Source: Callorhinchus milii
Lineage: Eukaryota
Length of the DNA stretch: 64,000 nucleotides
Assembly: GCF_018977255.1 (NCBI RefSeq)
Contig: NW_024704742.1
Location: forward strand, 111,106,001-111,170,000
Direction: 5' to 3'
The notes under the pieces: model-generated
What the model saw: the letters and a program-made list of their open reading frames with translations, nothing else
Database searches by the model: none
Told to the model about the DNA's origin: nothing
Made by a program: the position numbers and the translations under genes
Shown: positions 50,997 through 64,000 of the stretch, in pieces
Layout of the letters: each line of letters begins with the position of its first letter
Position numbering within the stretch: position 1 is the first letter of the stretch

Positions 50997-52275
50997 AACA
51001 TAAGAATTTGCTAGGCAAAAGAAGACCAAGGTCAATCCAGTTCGCCTTCCACCTTCTTGGCAGTCTCATGACATGATGTGTCCCAGATTGTATATTGTAT
51101 CCCAAGATATTATTTCCTAACAGAAATCTATCTCATTTGTTCTTGAATGAATCAACATTTTCTGCTTCCACAGTGTCCCTAGGTAGCCTCTTCCATACAT
51201 TTACTACTCATAAATTAATGTAGGGTTTCCGCAGATTTGTTCTGAATTTAGCCCCCCCTTCAATCGCAGGTTGTGTCCTCTGGTTCTCTCGTTCCTTACA
51301 ACATAAAACAGCGTTTCATGGTCTACATTATCTAGTCCCTTTAGAATCTTAAAAACCGTAATCATATCGCCCCTCAACCTTCTCTTCTCCAGTGTGAACA
51401 TGCCCAGTTTACCTAATCGCTCCTCATAGTCCAGTCCCTCCATCCCCTCAATCATTTTGGTTGCCCTCCTCTGTATCTTCTCAATCGCTGCAATATCCTT
51501 TTTATTTTATGGTGACTGGAACTGCACACAATATTCCCAATGGGGTCACACTAATGATTTATAAACTGGCAGGATTACCCCACTATTTCAGCTCAATATT
51601 GCCCTTTTACTACAACCCAGCATCTGGTTTCCTTACTCACTGTTACTGAGCACTGTTGTGATAGCTTCAATTTATTGTCAATCAGGATCCCCAGGTCCTT
51701 TTCATTTTCCATACAGATAATTTTTTTTCCATAGAAATAATAGTCCCTTCCTGTTTTTATGTCTCCATGTGAAACACTTTGCCTTTCTCTACATTGAATT
51801 TCATCTGCCATCGATCTGCTCAATTCCCAAGTATGTTCAAGTCCTTCTGTAACCTATCCTGATCATCTTTGCAGTCGACCACCTTCATTGGTTTTGGGTC
51901 ATCTGTAAATTTAGCTAGTGTATTGTGACTCCTAGCTCCATATCATTTATGAAGATGTTAAATAAAAGAGGTCCCAAAACAGATTCCTGTGGAACTCCAC
52001 TGGTAACATTCTCCGAGCCTGATGACATTCCCTGTACCATAACCCTCTGGGTTCTATCGCTCAGCCTATTGCAAGATATTTCCTCTGGCTTCCCGCTTTC
52101 TTTATTTTCACTACTAGCCTTTCGAGAGGAACTGTATCAAAGGCCTTACAAATAAATCCATATGCACAACATCCACTGCCTTATGCTTGTGAAGCTCCTT
52201 TGTCAAACTCATTGGTCTGCAGTTTCCTGGGTCACTTTTGCTACCTTTTTTAAAAAAAAATAGGTGTAACATCTG
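50997..52275 (-). mobile_element. CR1 LINE RT-to-3' fragment
   Basis: GVPQESVLGPL, EKDLGILIDNKL, LDYEERLGKLGMFTLEKRRLRGDMI, TRGHNLRL. Confidence 0.9.
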
Positions 52276-52729
52276 CTTTTACTCACTGTCAGGTACTGGA
52301 GAGTGCCAAGCACCTTTAAAAATATATCCTGGTAAAAGGAAAGGAGTCAAATCTATAAACAGAGGATAAGGAGGGGAGGGGGGAAATTGAAAGAAAAGTA
52401 ATGACAGAAAAGTTCAATCAAAATCAAGAAAACTGTTTATAATGGACAAGCTTGTTATGGTGATGTTCCTCTGTATAGCTGATTGTCAAGTGACATGTCC
52501 TGTTACATCAAATTGAAGTTTTACAATTAGTGTTTCAAACAGAAGATCTAAAGCAGACTAAGTGACATGGATATATCAGTTTTAAAAGACTGGAGTTTTT
52601 CACCATTTATTTTCAGGAAATGTGTCTTGCATCAACTCCACCGTTTCTCCACTAGCTAGTCAATGGCAATCTTGTGTAACATTATCACATATTTCTCCAA
52701 AACAAAATTCTGTTGCAACTGCCACATAC

Positions 52730-52890
52730 CTGAAATGCAAATGAATCCAGCTGAGTAGAAAGCTTCATTATAAGAAGAAAGGTTGTCTGTCTGGGCAGAT
52801 GCGCTGTAGATGGACATGTGTGAGCAGGCACACTCCACATAGTTAGTGGTATCTTCAACCACTCGACAGAACTGACCGTCTGATAACCAA
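52730..52890 (-). CDS. ADGRV1: ADGRV1 coding exon with GPS motif and start of TM1, 161 nt
   Basis: [53 protein letters not shown](G). Acceptor ttttaatag| and donor |gtatgt; phase 2/1. Confidence 0.97.
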
Positions 52891-53199
52891 CTATTAAAAA
52901 AAACTGAGGTCAATAAAGGACTTAAAGAAGGATCCGCAATTTGTGATTGTCCCCTCCCCTTCCCACCCAGAAAAATATATATATTTAGACAGTGTGGTCT
53001 AAAATATGATATTGAAATCTCTGGAAATTTATAAACACATGTATTTTCTCCAAATTATTTTAATTACGATGTTGAAATGAAATAATGAAACCTAAAGGCG
53101 GAGTGAGAAAGACTTAAAGGAGTGTTGGGGATATGGTAGGTGTGGAAAACAGCCCAATTTGCCACAGGATGGAGAAACACATTAATAAATACTGTGTAC

Positions 53200-53397
53200 T
53201 GTTTACATAAAAAAAATTTGGTCACTCAATCCACAACTTATTGTGGGATACTGCTGCTGTGCAGTGTGCAGTTGGCTGCCATGTTTCGCCCACAAAATAT
53301 ACAGTCAACTCATTTTACAGTATATTCTGTGAAGTGTTTTTACATGTCTCGAAGACGTGATAAGGTGCTATATCAAAGGCAAGGGTTATTATTATTA
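53200..53397 (+). mobile_element. SINE 3' half with L2-like tail (similar tails at ~15930, 31920, 47280, 60225, 62490)
   Basis: ttggctgccatgtttcgcccacaaaatatacagtcaa..gtgataaggtgctatatcaaaggcaagg(att)n. Confidence 0.8.
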
Positions 53398-53959
53398 CAG
53401 CATTATCCTCCACAAATCACACTAATTTATTTCTACTTTGAATGGCTGGCATTGGAGGGGATATGCTTAAACAGATAAAGAAACTGGGCTCTTTTGACAA
53501 TATGTCATTATCTGCAGCTTACAAATATTCCAACTGACTGGAATGGTTTTAGAAAATTATTTGCTGCTTTTCAAATATTAGTTTTGCTCTATTGATCCTC
53601 TATTGATCCATGATACCATTACAATGTCTAACAAATCTTAAAGAAATTATGATGTGTATTTTTTTAGATAATAGGGTAGATATCACAACTTTGGGTCACC
53701 CTGTAGAATCAAAGAAGATACAGCTCAAACCTGGCCATTCGGCCCATCCAGTCTGACTGTTTTTTAATACTCCACCCTTAGACGCAAATCCCTTCTTTCC
53801 CCCATATTTTTCAGCTTTATTCTCTCTTAACCATACGTCCAATGTGTTTTTTTTGAATGTGCACATCCTGCCAGCGAAAATAAAATATCTAATGTTCTAC
53901 ATGATTGGGATTAAAGCAATGTGAAAGAAACAAAGAATCAACTTTTTTCCCAATATTAC

Positions 53960-54099
53960 CTATTCGCTGCCTGATTCCACAAAAGACATGAAGATTTGTG
54001 TGGAATAATTCGATTCTCCAGAGTGTGAATCTGATAGGTTATCTCATTGTTGTCTGCAAGAGGTCTTGAATTTCGATCCTTCAGGCCCACTGAAAATAT
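53960..54099 (-). CDS. ADGRV1: ADGRV1 coding exon (GAIN region), 140 nt; not in the ORF track
   Basis: Manual translation IFSVGLKDRNSRPLADNNEITYQIHTLENRIIPHKSSCLLWNQAAN(S). Acceptor cctag| and donor |gtaata; phase 0/2. Confidence 0.92.
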
Positions 54100-54994
54100 C
54101 TAGGATGCAATAGACAAAATTATTTTTGTGTATGCAGTACTAAAAAGGGCAAACTTTTTTTTACATATAAAAATAAACACTTTTATTTTATTAAAAAAGC
54201 CCTTTATTGTCTTCAAAACATCCATTTCTGATATTCCTCTTGGAATCAACACACTTTTGCTTTGTTAATACCACCTTAACATCGTAACACATTTGCAAAC
54301 TAAAATATGGGTCTGTCCTCTTAAAGGACTATTTAGAACAGAGTAGTAGGTTGCAGAATCTAGGGAGTACATCCTGCAATGTTTGATGAAGTAATTTAAT
54401 CATATGTGCTCTATAACACTAGAAGTCAATTTAATGACCATGGAACTTGCCTACACAATTACAGTCACTTTACATTAGAGAAAAACTCTGAAGCACCTTA
54501 CATGATAAGGCACTGTATCAAATGCAAGAACTATTAAAAGATTATTTTTATTATCACATAAACGAGTCCTTGGGTCTGCTGGAGGTGGAACCCAGATCCC
54601 ACCCTCCACCACAATTTTCAGTAGTTATGTCCAAGATTCCACCCACGTTTTGACTTCTTGTTCACTGTTCTAAGCATTGGATTGCCGGCTAGCAGGACAT
54701 TGGATTAAATGCACAAAATAATCAGATTAAGCAAAATAAGATTTTAAAAATTCTATGAATCTATCTGAAAAATATATTAAAGTAATAAGAACAATAATCC
54801 TTGCATTTGATATAGCGCCTTATCACCTCTTCCTAATGATAGCATTTTGATAGGGTGGACTCTGTTGGAGTTATATTCTTTAAATAGTAATTAAAGTTGT
54901 TGGCTCTCACAGTGTGTTATTCTATCTGTATATGGTCGCTAAGGTCTTGTACAACTATTCTGAAATAGACTTTTTTCAAACTCATTGATCCTAC

Positions 54995-55247
54995 TTTGTC
55001 GTTGAGTGCCATTCCTTTTATGCTGGTCTGAAACCACTGTTGGCTGCTGTACTCTGTGAACTGCAAACGCTGACAGCTGCCATTGCTCATGGTTTCCAAG
55101 GAAGAAGCAGAAATTTCCAACAGTCGTTCAGGAAGTCGTAGAGAATCACCATTTTTGCCATCAAACATGTGCCCATTAATCTGCTGTGGATACCAGTGAT
55201 ATGCTTCGATGGTGAGGTACTGGCAGGTGTCAAGAACTGTTGTATCC
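54995..55247 (-). CDS. ADGRV1: ADGRV1 coding exon (GAIN region), 253 nt
   Basis: (K)DTTVLDTCQYLTIEAYHWYPQQINGHMFDGKNGDSLRLPERLL...QFTEYSSQQWF...ALNDK. Acceptor cacag| and donor |gtagga; phase 2/0, in frame with its neighbours. Confidence 0.93.
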
Positions 55248-57069
55248 CTGTGTCATCAGAAAATAAAATAAAAATTGTTATGTTTACCAGGGATGATTCT
55301 AAATTCAGGATAAAAATCTGAGCTAAATCATTTTGGTTAATTTTATCCTGGAGGACAAAGGTTGATTCAATTTGGACCAAACTTGAAATTTAGTTCAATC
55401 AAAACAAGACTGTATTTTTATGGCCAGAAGTTACAGTTGTATTGACAGAATGGATAACAATGCTGTATTACCAATCCTAGAGGGAAGATCAAATACCCGT
55501 TAAAATTGAAACATATTGGTCTAGATTTGTCAATTCCTGATAGGGCCACCAGATGGAGCACAACAAAGAGTATTTAATGGCCCTTTTTTAATGACCCCAA
55601 TCTTTCCTCATGTTTTCGGTTGCATTATTTGTCCATGGAGCAGATAATGCAGCCAAAAACTTCAACTACTAAATAAATTGATCATTTTTTAGTCAGCCTG
55701 GTCTCTGACACATGATGAAACCTTGCTTAAGAGCATTCAAACCAGTCTGAAAGTTCCACGCATCCATCCTCCATATCATGCAGATGAGAAAAAATAATCT
55801 GCTGACATCTACCCACAAGCTTGGAGATTGCATCAGTAAGAAATGATAGTTGCAGAAAAGACCAGCTGGAGATATAAATTAATAAGGCCCTTTCCAGAAG
55901 GGCTGGATGTTGTACACAATGCTCATCCAAGCACTGAATGTATACAAACCCCCATGCAGTTGAGAAAATTAAATTGGAAAAAATACTGCACTCTCACTAG
56001 CAAAGCAATATCTCATGCTAGACTAAAGTAGGTCATCAGAATGAAAGAACATCAACAAAGAAGAATCTTGTTGTAAAACCCAGAGGTCTTTATTTCCAGC
56101 ACGCACACTGCTGTTTTTGCATTGTTCGTGTTCATGAGCTGTTTAATTATTAAGCCTGTTTTTTCAGAGGAAAAAACAGGATTTGTACAAATATGTTGAT
56201 GAAGACACCGTGAATGTTCATTTTAGCATGACGATGCATGATGCATCACATGCAAGTATTAATATTATTTTTCTGTGAATCTTGAAACATCCAAAATAAA
56301 AAGCAGCTTGTTTCACAGCTGTGTCAGGTAACATTGGTCATTGGGTCAATTCAAATACTGAATTATTTCCTTGTCAGTTTTACTCTCACAATATATAGGA
56401 AAAAAAAGTTGTTACTCTCCCATTTTGTTACTGTAATAATTTGTAATATTTACAGTTGCTTAAAAGTTGCAGTTGCTTAAAAGTCCGAAATGCTAATTGT
56501 CCAGTGCCTTGGGACGTCCTCCCGATGTGAAAGACGCTATACAAATGTAATTTTGTTGTTGCTGTTGTTTTACACCAAAGAGAATCAAATAAAATTCAGC
56601 AACATTGGAGCACTTGTGATACAAAAAAAATCTCTCAAGTGCACATCATGAAATAATCAATGTTTCAAAGAGGTACTAATTAAGATCTTGGGAATTCAAA
56701 AGAAACAGAAATTTCCAGTATTGGATGCCACTCAGTCATCTTGTCTGCCATTGTTGTCTGTTTTTTAAAATAATAACTCACTTTCTATCTTTTTCTACAA
56801 ATTCCTTAAAATTTTTAACTTCTCAGATGTTGATCCGGTTCCCTTTTAAATAATTCTGCTTGATATTATTGACTGGTCTAGACTGTCGATTTTTTTTAGG
56901 ATCTAGAATCGTATTACTGATCGGAGAAATATGAAGATTCGGGTTAGAACAGAGAGAAAAAGCAGAAAATAATTTCAGTAGATTCAAAATTTAAATAATG
57001 ACAGATACAACTGAATCAGAAATGATATGTGGTGTATTTTTAACCAATTTTTTACTTTAACCAACTTTG

Positions 57070-57775
57070 TAGGATGATCCAACTGATGGCCCACGGACCA
57101 CATCCGGCCCGGGGGATGATTTCATCAGGCCTGACAAACGTTCTGCATACCTGCCAACTCTACAGGATTTCCCTATAGACTGCGGGTTTCTATGCCTGTC
57201 CCTACAGGGAAAACTGCACAATCTACGCTACGGGGAACAGAGATCGTGCTTGTGCTTTTTCAACCGCGATGAGAGCACATGTGCAGGGCAAGGTTAAACT
57301 GTGATCTGAATGAAAACATTGCACCTATTCAAGATGCATATTCAAGGTCACTTGGTCTAATGTACAGCTTGAACGGATACAATTTGCATCTATTCAAGCT
57401 TCACATTAAAAGTCCCTAGCTATTAAGTTTTACTCCCCCCCCCCACCACCTCCAGCTCATTTTTAACAGCCACTGAGGTGCTTCATTTTGTAACATAGTC
57501 CCGAGGAAATAAGTCGGAAATTCCTGACAGGAGAAGTGTTACGTGTGCCCGAAGAATTTAATGATTATTCTTGCATTTATGTACTTTATTGATAACAGTG
57601 TATTATTGTTTTAACATTTTATGAATCTTTACACAATTTAAAACATAGGAATTCTATATAATTTTTATGGGTTATGTTCCTGGAAAGGAAACACACAAAT
57701 ATTGCTTACGCAGCCTGCAGACATTTCTCAAATGCCGACTTGGCTCTCAGCAGCCAAAAGGTTGGACAACCCTTG
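57070..57775 (+). mobile_element. Non-autonomous hAT-like DNA transposon (longer relative of the 36392 copy)
   Basis: Ends taggatgatccaac...gttggacaacccttg; its 3' ~100 bp align with 36520-36610. Confidence 0.65.
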
Positions 57776-58064
57776 TATTACTGTATTTAGTTTTGTGGAG
57801 AAAGATTAATATTCAGCAATAAATCTATTTCGGACAATTGAATAGTTTACTATTAATATTTTTCCAAACAGTTTTTCTCAGTTATTTTGGTGGAATTAAC
57901 AGTAGAAAATTCACATTGAAAGAAAGTATTGCCTAAATACATTTTGTCGATTGTGATATCATGTTGTATTTACTAAAGCTTAACTAATCACATTTGGTAC
58001 TCGGAGTTAAACATGACCTCTATACCGGGCATTTATTTGTGAGTAAATGGCTTAATAATCTTAC

Positions 58065-58249
58065 TTCTGACCAGGGGATCCACATTGTACATCAGTAAGG
58101 AGTGAGAAGGCAAACTTCTCAGTCACCTCAGCCAATTGACTGACTCCTCGAGTATCTTTGCGTCCAGGATCCAGTAGCGCACAAAGAATATCATAAACCA
58201 GTCCCCTGTTGGCATCACTGAAAGGGCTTTTCTCTCCTGCCTTCATCAC
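58065..58249 (-). CDS. ADGRV1: ADGRV1 coding exon (GAIN region), 185 nt
   Basis: VMKAGEKSPFSDANRGLVYDILCALLDPGRKDTRGVSQLAEVTEKFAFSLLTDVQCGSPGQ. Acceptor caatag| and donor |gtaaga; phase 0/2. Confidence 0.95.
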
Positions 58250-59194
58250 CTATTGGATCATAAGCATGTCAATCAATTAATTTAAGAATGGGAGTAAATA
58301 AAGAGTCCCAAAGAACAAACAAAATGCCTCCATTGCATTTCAAAGGCCCGTAATTCTATCTAGTTTAAAATCGTAAGATTATGTTCATCTAAAATTTATG
58401 ATTATGCAAAAGTGGACAATTCTTTAATTCAGCCTTAATTTGGAAGCTGGTTGCACGCTGTTCTTAAAATGAATCAGCTTCCAAATTATGATTTAATTTA
58501 AGAATTTTCCACAATTGTGTGAGGTCTTAAATCTTAAATGTTAAAATCATCTCACTAGCAAGATAGTTTATAAAAATTGAGGCCTGAAGATCTACACTGT
58601 TTTGTTCGTATTTGCATTCCCTTCCAGTTTCCCCAATTACTCTCCTTCTATAGCTTATAGGTTGAAAATGGTTTAGATCACAGGTTGATATGGTTTAGAT
58701 CACATATTTCTCCATTTCAACTAGCCTTAATATTGAGAATCTCCAAAGGGGTCTAGTGCTACTGCAGGTTTGTCAGGTTTTTGCAGACATGCTGTTTTAA
58801 TAATTCCCCTAATTTGATTGAGCACCTTTCACATCAGAGGGTCTTAAAGTGTTTAAAAGAATCCAATGTAAAATGTAGTGACTGTGCATTTTGTAGGCAA
58901 ACATAGGTGTATTTCTTGGAGCCAGGTATTTTGCAGACCCCATTTATCAACCCGAGGAGATTAAAAACCATAGCCTTATAGCGCTGTCTGGTACTCAACC
59001 TTGGGAGCTAACACTGCTAGACAGTGAATAGAAAGATTTCATAGAACATCTTTTTCTAATACAGTGCAGTTTCTTCATTTACACAGGAATATTGCATAAA
59101 CACATTTTAACCCAATAATACTGTGATAAACTTTAGAAAAATAAAGGTAATTTGAGAAATCATGCTCTATGAACTATCAGCTCCTAACTTTCAC

Positions 59195-59602
59195 CTTTTC
59201 TAGTACTTTCACCACTCCGCTGAGTTGTTCTCTTGTAGTTTCTGTAACAATCTTGTTTTGCAGATTCTGAAGAACCCGTTTCAATATGTTATCATCAAGG
59301 GGCTGGTATAACTGATCGAGTAAACCCCAGAAGAACTGGGACTCAGGGTCAGAGACAATGGTGATATTTGCTGTACTGTAGTCCTCATCGAGTTGAGTTT
59401 CTGTAGTGGAGCTGTACAGTACCACTTGAAAACGCTTGGGAAGTGGATTGGAAGATGCAAGCTCTGGAGTGAGCATAATGTCCAATCCAATACTACTCTG
59501 CCCAGGTTGGAAAGTTACAATTCCCTCAGACTTCACAAAATCCATCCCAGCCACAGCTGGTGATATTAAAGTGGAACCCACCAGCTCAGCTTTCCTCAAC
59601 TC
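59195..59602 (-). CDS. ADGRV1: ADGRV1 coding exon (last Calx-beta repeat / start of GAIN region), 408 nt
   Basis: Translates ELRKAELVGSTLISPAVAGMDFVKSEG...NPLPKRFQVVLY...ANITIVSD...VLEK, recognisably like human ELRSAETIGRTIISPAISGKDF. Acceptor ttttgcag| and donor |gtgaaag; phase 0/0. Confidence 0.95.
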
Positions 59603-61014
59603 CTGCAAAATAATAAAGAGCATTAATGCATTTATCTATTGAGCTTGGTAAATAATGTAATAACTTGAATATTAATACTATTATCACACTGAAATGTTTC
59701 GAACTCATCGCAATTCCCACGTAGGCAAAATGTTAATTATTTTCAAGCTTTGAAGACATTACAGGAAGGCAGGATACCCTTGCTCTATATATGTTATAGA
59801 ATTTGTCAGTAATATCTCCAATTTTGCAGCTGATAACATGAGGAGATAAGGAAATATAAGGAAGTCAATCCAAAAGGGTTTGGATTTTATAAATAAATGG
59901 GCCAAAAGGTCCAGTTATTAAGCAACTAAACTAGGAAGCAACATTCAGATAGCATGCAGTTCAGGAAAGAGATCCACACTGTATAAATCTATGAAAGTTA
60001 AAGCTCAGTACTGTTTAAAAAAATGGCAGTTTAGATATTGGATTATATTAGAGGAGAAACAGAACAAAAAAAAGTTATGAATATCTATGCTTGTATCATG
60101 AATTTAACTTATGAGGATAGTTCAAGGAAGCTGAACTTCTCATTGGGAAAAATGAAACTTTGAAGTGACTTAATTAAAAAATTCTCTTGTTCATGAAGGA
60201 AAATAACAAAGTTGTAGGAAAAATAATAAGAATAAGAACCTTTTGCATTGATATAGCGCATTATCACATCATTGAGACGTCTCAAAGCACTTCACAGAAT
60301 ATACTGTAAAGTGAGTTGACTGTATATTTTGTGGGGGAGACGATGCATGGAATATAAAACTTAATGTTTGTATTTTGTGCATTTATTTTGCTGGGCCTAA
60401 AAAAAGTAAGTGATTCAGGAAGGTGCAGCCAAGGAAGATGGCTGTTGTGGACTCCAAATATGACACGCAGAATGGTTCTTGACTCCAAAGTCCTGATGTG
60501 AGGCTTGAACCCATAATCTTCTGACTCAGAGGTGAGCATGCTATCAACTGAGCCAGCCTTACACAGTGTCAATGGATGAACTAGAACAGCATTCCTTGAA
60601 AGGACAAGCAATCTCCTCTGTCCGTAATTCTATGATTCTTTGGAATAGTGAGAAGACGTGGGGGTTAATTAAGTATAAAATGTACACATTTATATGCTAA
60701 ACAGATGATATTACAAGACTAATTTCTATTTTACAGCAGAAGTTACCAAAATCATGTTATATGAACTGCATACAAATTAGTATAGGATGAAAATAAGTCA
60801 ACTAAATCAAATCCAATTGACAATTTAAACTATTTAGTGCCTTCATATAGATATGGGCATTGCTACTGTTCAGTGAAGTGTGAAAGGAATCATTGCCAAG
60901 CTTCCCCTGTCCATCTGTCTATGTATCACTGGTACTGAAAGAGTGTTGAATAATTTGTGTTTTAATTAAGAGATGAAGATTGGTAGTTCTACACTGTAAG
61001 ATAATTAAGAACTG

Positions 61015-61465
61015 TAACAGGTTGCCCGCAAGAGTGGTTGAGGCCAAGACACTGGACTTCATTTAAAAAAAAGCTTCTGTCCGCATTAATACTTCAGGAC
61101 GCACCATAACAGTAGAACAAGAGGACATAGGTTTAGAGTTGTAAAGGGCAATTTTAGCCCAGATACCAGGACGTTTTTCTTTATACAGTGGGTAATCAAT
61201 AACTGAAACAGGTTACCAGGAAAGGCGGTAAGTCTGGACACGGGATTCATTTAAAACCAGCTTGATGCAATGATGAGGGGACAATAGGGTGAGTGTACTG
61301 GAAGGATTAGATCCGATGGGCCAAAGGACCGTCTTCACCCAGGTGAATCTTGTGAAAAGAATCTCGATGCTGTGATGGGAAGAAGGTAAGGTAGGTATTC
61401 TGGAAGGATGAGATCAAATAGGCCGCAGGGCCTTCTTCATCCGAACTAATCTCATTGACTTGTGA
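61015..61465 (+). mobile_element. Nested CR1 3' fragments
   Basis: Two successive ctggaaggat.agatc..gggcc..tcttca..cttgtga ends; agaacaagaggacata (RTRGH). Confidence 0.6.
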
Positions 61466-63355
61466 AGAACAAAATAGGTGCCATTTACTGTGGAAGTTCT
61501 AAGTCAATTATATGTAAATGTAGAAGCATGTTTCTATTGATGCAAAGCAACAGCAGCTGGTATAGCTGTATGACACAATGAGCATAGTGATTGATTTATT
61601 GAACATTTATCTATGTTAGTGACATGAGTCCATGTCAATTAGGCTACATTCTTAGTCACATTCTTGAGAGAAAAATAAATGAGATTTAGATTCCAAGCTG
61701 AATTTGGGAGTGTCTGTACAGAAATAATGTACAGAAATTGCAATAGAAAGAAAAAAATACAAAGCCTGGGAAAATGGGAGGTAAAATATGACAGATAGAG
61801 AGAGAGAGAGAGACACAGAGAAAACGAAGAAAAGGGACACAAACACATAATATCCGAGTGAAAAAGAGAAAATTAAAATAGGATTTACTGAGGAACTTTG
61901 AACTGTTGTGAGTCAATTTTGTTCAACTTCACAAAACAAAATGTCTATTATAAGGTGCTGTATCTAAAGGGCCAGCTGAGACACAAGTGGATTGGCCACA
62001 TTGAACTTGAACAGGTCTCATAAGGCAGTGCAAGGTTGTGAACTGACTTCTTGATTAACCTTGAAAACTGTAGGGAGAAATTCCACCTGGGTGTATATTT
62101 CAGAGAATACAGTATTTGGTAACTTCTTACAGCCTTCATTTTAAACCAGTTTTTCTTTTATTTATTTACCTACAGAAAACCATCTTTGATAGCGCGGCAA
62201 ACTGAAACATAGACTGTAGGGGGCATAGTGTTTTGCAATGTGCTTATGGCATCCCATTTTCCATAGTCCAAAGAAATGGTTGATAAAGGAAAAGGAGAAA
62301 ATATTGATACAATTGTACCACATAGTTAAAAAGTGTTATGGTACATTTATTACAGAAGCAATGCCACCATTGTTTAGCATATTTGTATCCAGAACAATGT
62401 GAAACATACTAATAATGGCAAGGGAAGGGAGTAAGGAGTCTCTTCCGGTATATTGGCCAACAATCCCCCAAATAAAATTGGTTACAAACTCCAAACCTGT
62501 TTGCAGGACATTGCTGTACGCAAACTTGCTGCTGCATTTCACCCATAAAATACACAGTCAATCCACTTTACAGTATACTCTGTGAAGCGCTTTGAGATGT
62601 CTTGATGATGTGATATTTATTCACTACTATGTCCACCTCAATAAAGTTACAAATATTCACTTAAAACTAATTCAACTCATCAAATAGAAGGTCTTTCCTT
62701 TTGGTTCAATTGGCATTTGCCAGAACTAAGCAGAACGAATGGGGCCCAGTTCTAATACATGGTAAGATTTAACCCTTACCATTGGGTAAGGGCTAAATCA
62801 GACACAAATATGACACCTACTTCAATGTACTGGGCTCCAACCTTGGGTATCTCCTCCCCCTTGCGTTATTGCTAAGTGGTAGGAGCTCGTAAATCTCACT
62901 AACCAGGCAGTCAGTGGTCCCCGCCCATGCTAGGCTGTGGTTGGCTGCACCACTTTCCACTTGCTGAAATTATCTGGGCAAGACGTATGCTTCTCCCATA
63001 ATATGTAAACGCAAATGAGCGAGTGCAAAAAAAATTGTAAACTGACAAATTCTTTCAATGTTTGGCTCCCGGAATGTCTGAAACACCAAATATGGTATCA
63101 TAATCCCTTTAAAAGAAAGCTGTGCTTCTTGGAGAGAAGGCAAGTGTAAATCGTCTCCTTGAAGCTGAGCTGGTTCCAAGGCCTTGGATCTTGCCAAACT
63201 GCTTAATATTCTCGGGAATTAAGTAAGCAGGGGTGCGTCCTGAGAGATAGTGCGCATTCCATTCTAGACACAGGGACATTTCCATGTGTAGATGGCCTAC
63301 AGATGTGTAGCTCCCAGGTTCTATACACTTAAGCATGGTGTTGGGTTTCTGCATT

Positions 63356-63410
63356 TGGCTGACGAAAATAAACGAAAGCTATGGCTGACGAAAATAAACG
63401 AAAGCTATGG
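63356..63410 (+). repeat. Perfect 26-bp tandem duplication
   Basis: tggctgacgaaaataaacgaaagcta twice, plus tgg. Confidence 0.95.
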
Positions 63411-64000
63411 TCAAAGTATAAATCACATCATTCATCCTTAAGAGTGTCATTAGCCATGCAATGAGCACTGTTTGAAGGTTTCATAGTTATGGTGCATTCA
63501 TCATTGAAATGATAGGTTGAGACACTAATGTGATAGAAACACTGAGCTGGGTAGCTGCTTCCTATTCACAAGTTGCCACCATAGCCAACGGTAATAGAGT
63601 TAGTTTACAGTTTCAGTGGCCCATAGGGAAACAGAAACATTTGAAAATATCTGTAAAACCAGAACAAAGAAAAACATTTGCGGGTGAGTGGCGGGGGTGG
63701 AGTGGAACAAAACATTTATAATTTAGGAGATTATGGAACAGAGCAGGACACAGAATTCTGAATCAAAAATCATAAAACAAAGTCCACTATGCATTAAGTT
63801 AGCATGGAAGGTATCTTGATAAAAAAAATCAATAAGCTGTTTTAATAAGTATTGTAAATTAAAACCAATGCAGCTTCCTGTGATGTCTTGAACGGTGGGT
63901 AGAGCACCACCTGCTGTTTTATGGTAGTATTGCTGATATTTCAAATTTTGCGTTTCATATACAGAAGCATTGCTATCAATTTTCTCTTGTCACACCACTT

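Noticed and set aside
62170..62213. 44-nt cag|...|gtaaat micro-exon on the minus strand
   Set aside because: The peptide does not match the expected upstream ADGRV1 exon and the length would shift the frame; chance splice-like sites are common.
63359..63407. CUGACGA...CGAAA hammerhead-like boxes in the tandem repeat
   Set aside because: The intervening aaataaa cannot form stem II, and related copies read ctgacca.
1..64000. CRISPR array, operon or other prokaryote-type system
   Set aside because: No regularly spaced repeat-spacer structure or dense ORF organisation; this is eukaryotic intronic DNA.

Overview
Vertebrate genomic DNA, most likely a cartilaginous fish (inferred from its repeat content). 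The whole window appears to lie inside ADGRV1 (VLGR1/GPR98) on the minus strand. Six coding exons were found at 59602-59195, 58249-58065, 55247-54995, 54099-53960, 52890-52730 and 43568-43468, all with canonical AG/GT splice sites and compatible reading phases. They encode the last Calx-beta repeat, the GAIN/GPS region and TM1-TM2. I found no further exon in 1-43467, so that stretch is read as one large intron. The introns are full of decayed L2 and CR1 LINEs, L2-tailed tRNA SINEs (including Deu-domain SINEs), hAT-like MITEs and a Penelope-type hairpin. Nearly all other ORFs in the track are TE fragments or noise. I cannot support a new multi-gene system. The most interesting signals are: (i) five local 85-190 bp inverted or direct copies of nearby DNA, one with junction microhomology; (ii) a hammerhead-ribozyme-like core in an 80-bp-arm hairpin flanked by a target-site duplication (TSD); (iii) a perfect 24-bp tail-to-tail L2 hairpin of pre-miRNA size; (iv) an old repeat family I cannot classify. 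Repeat boundaries are approximate and family names come from motif recognition, not from a database search.
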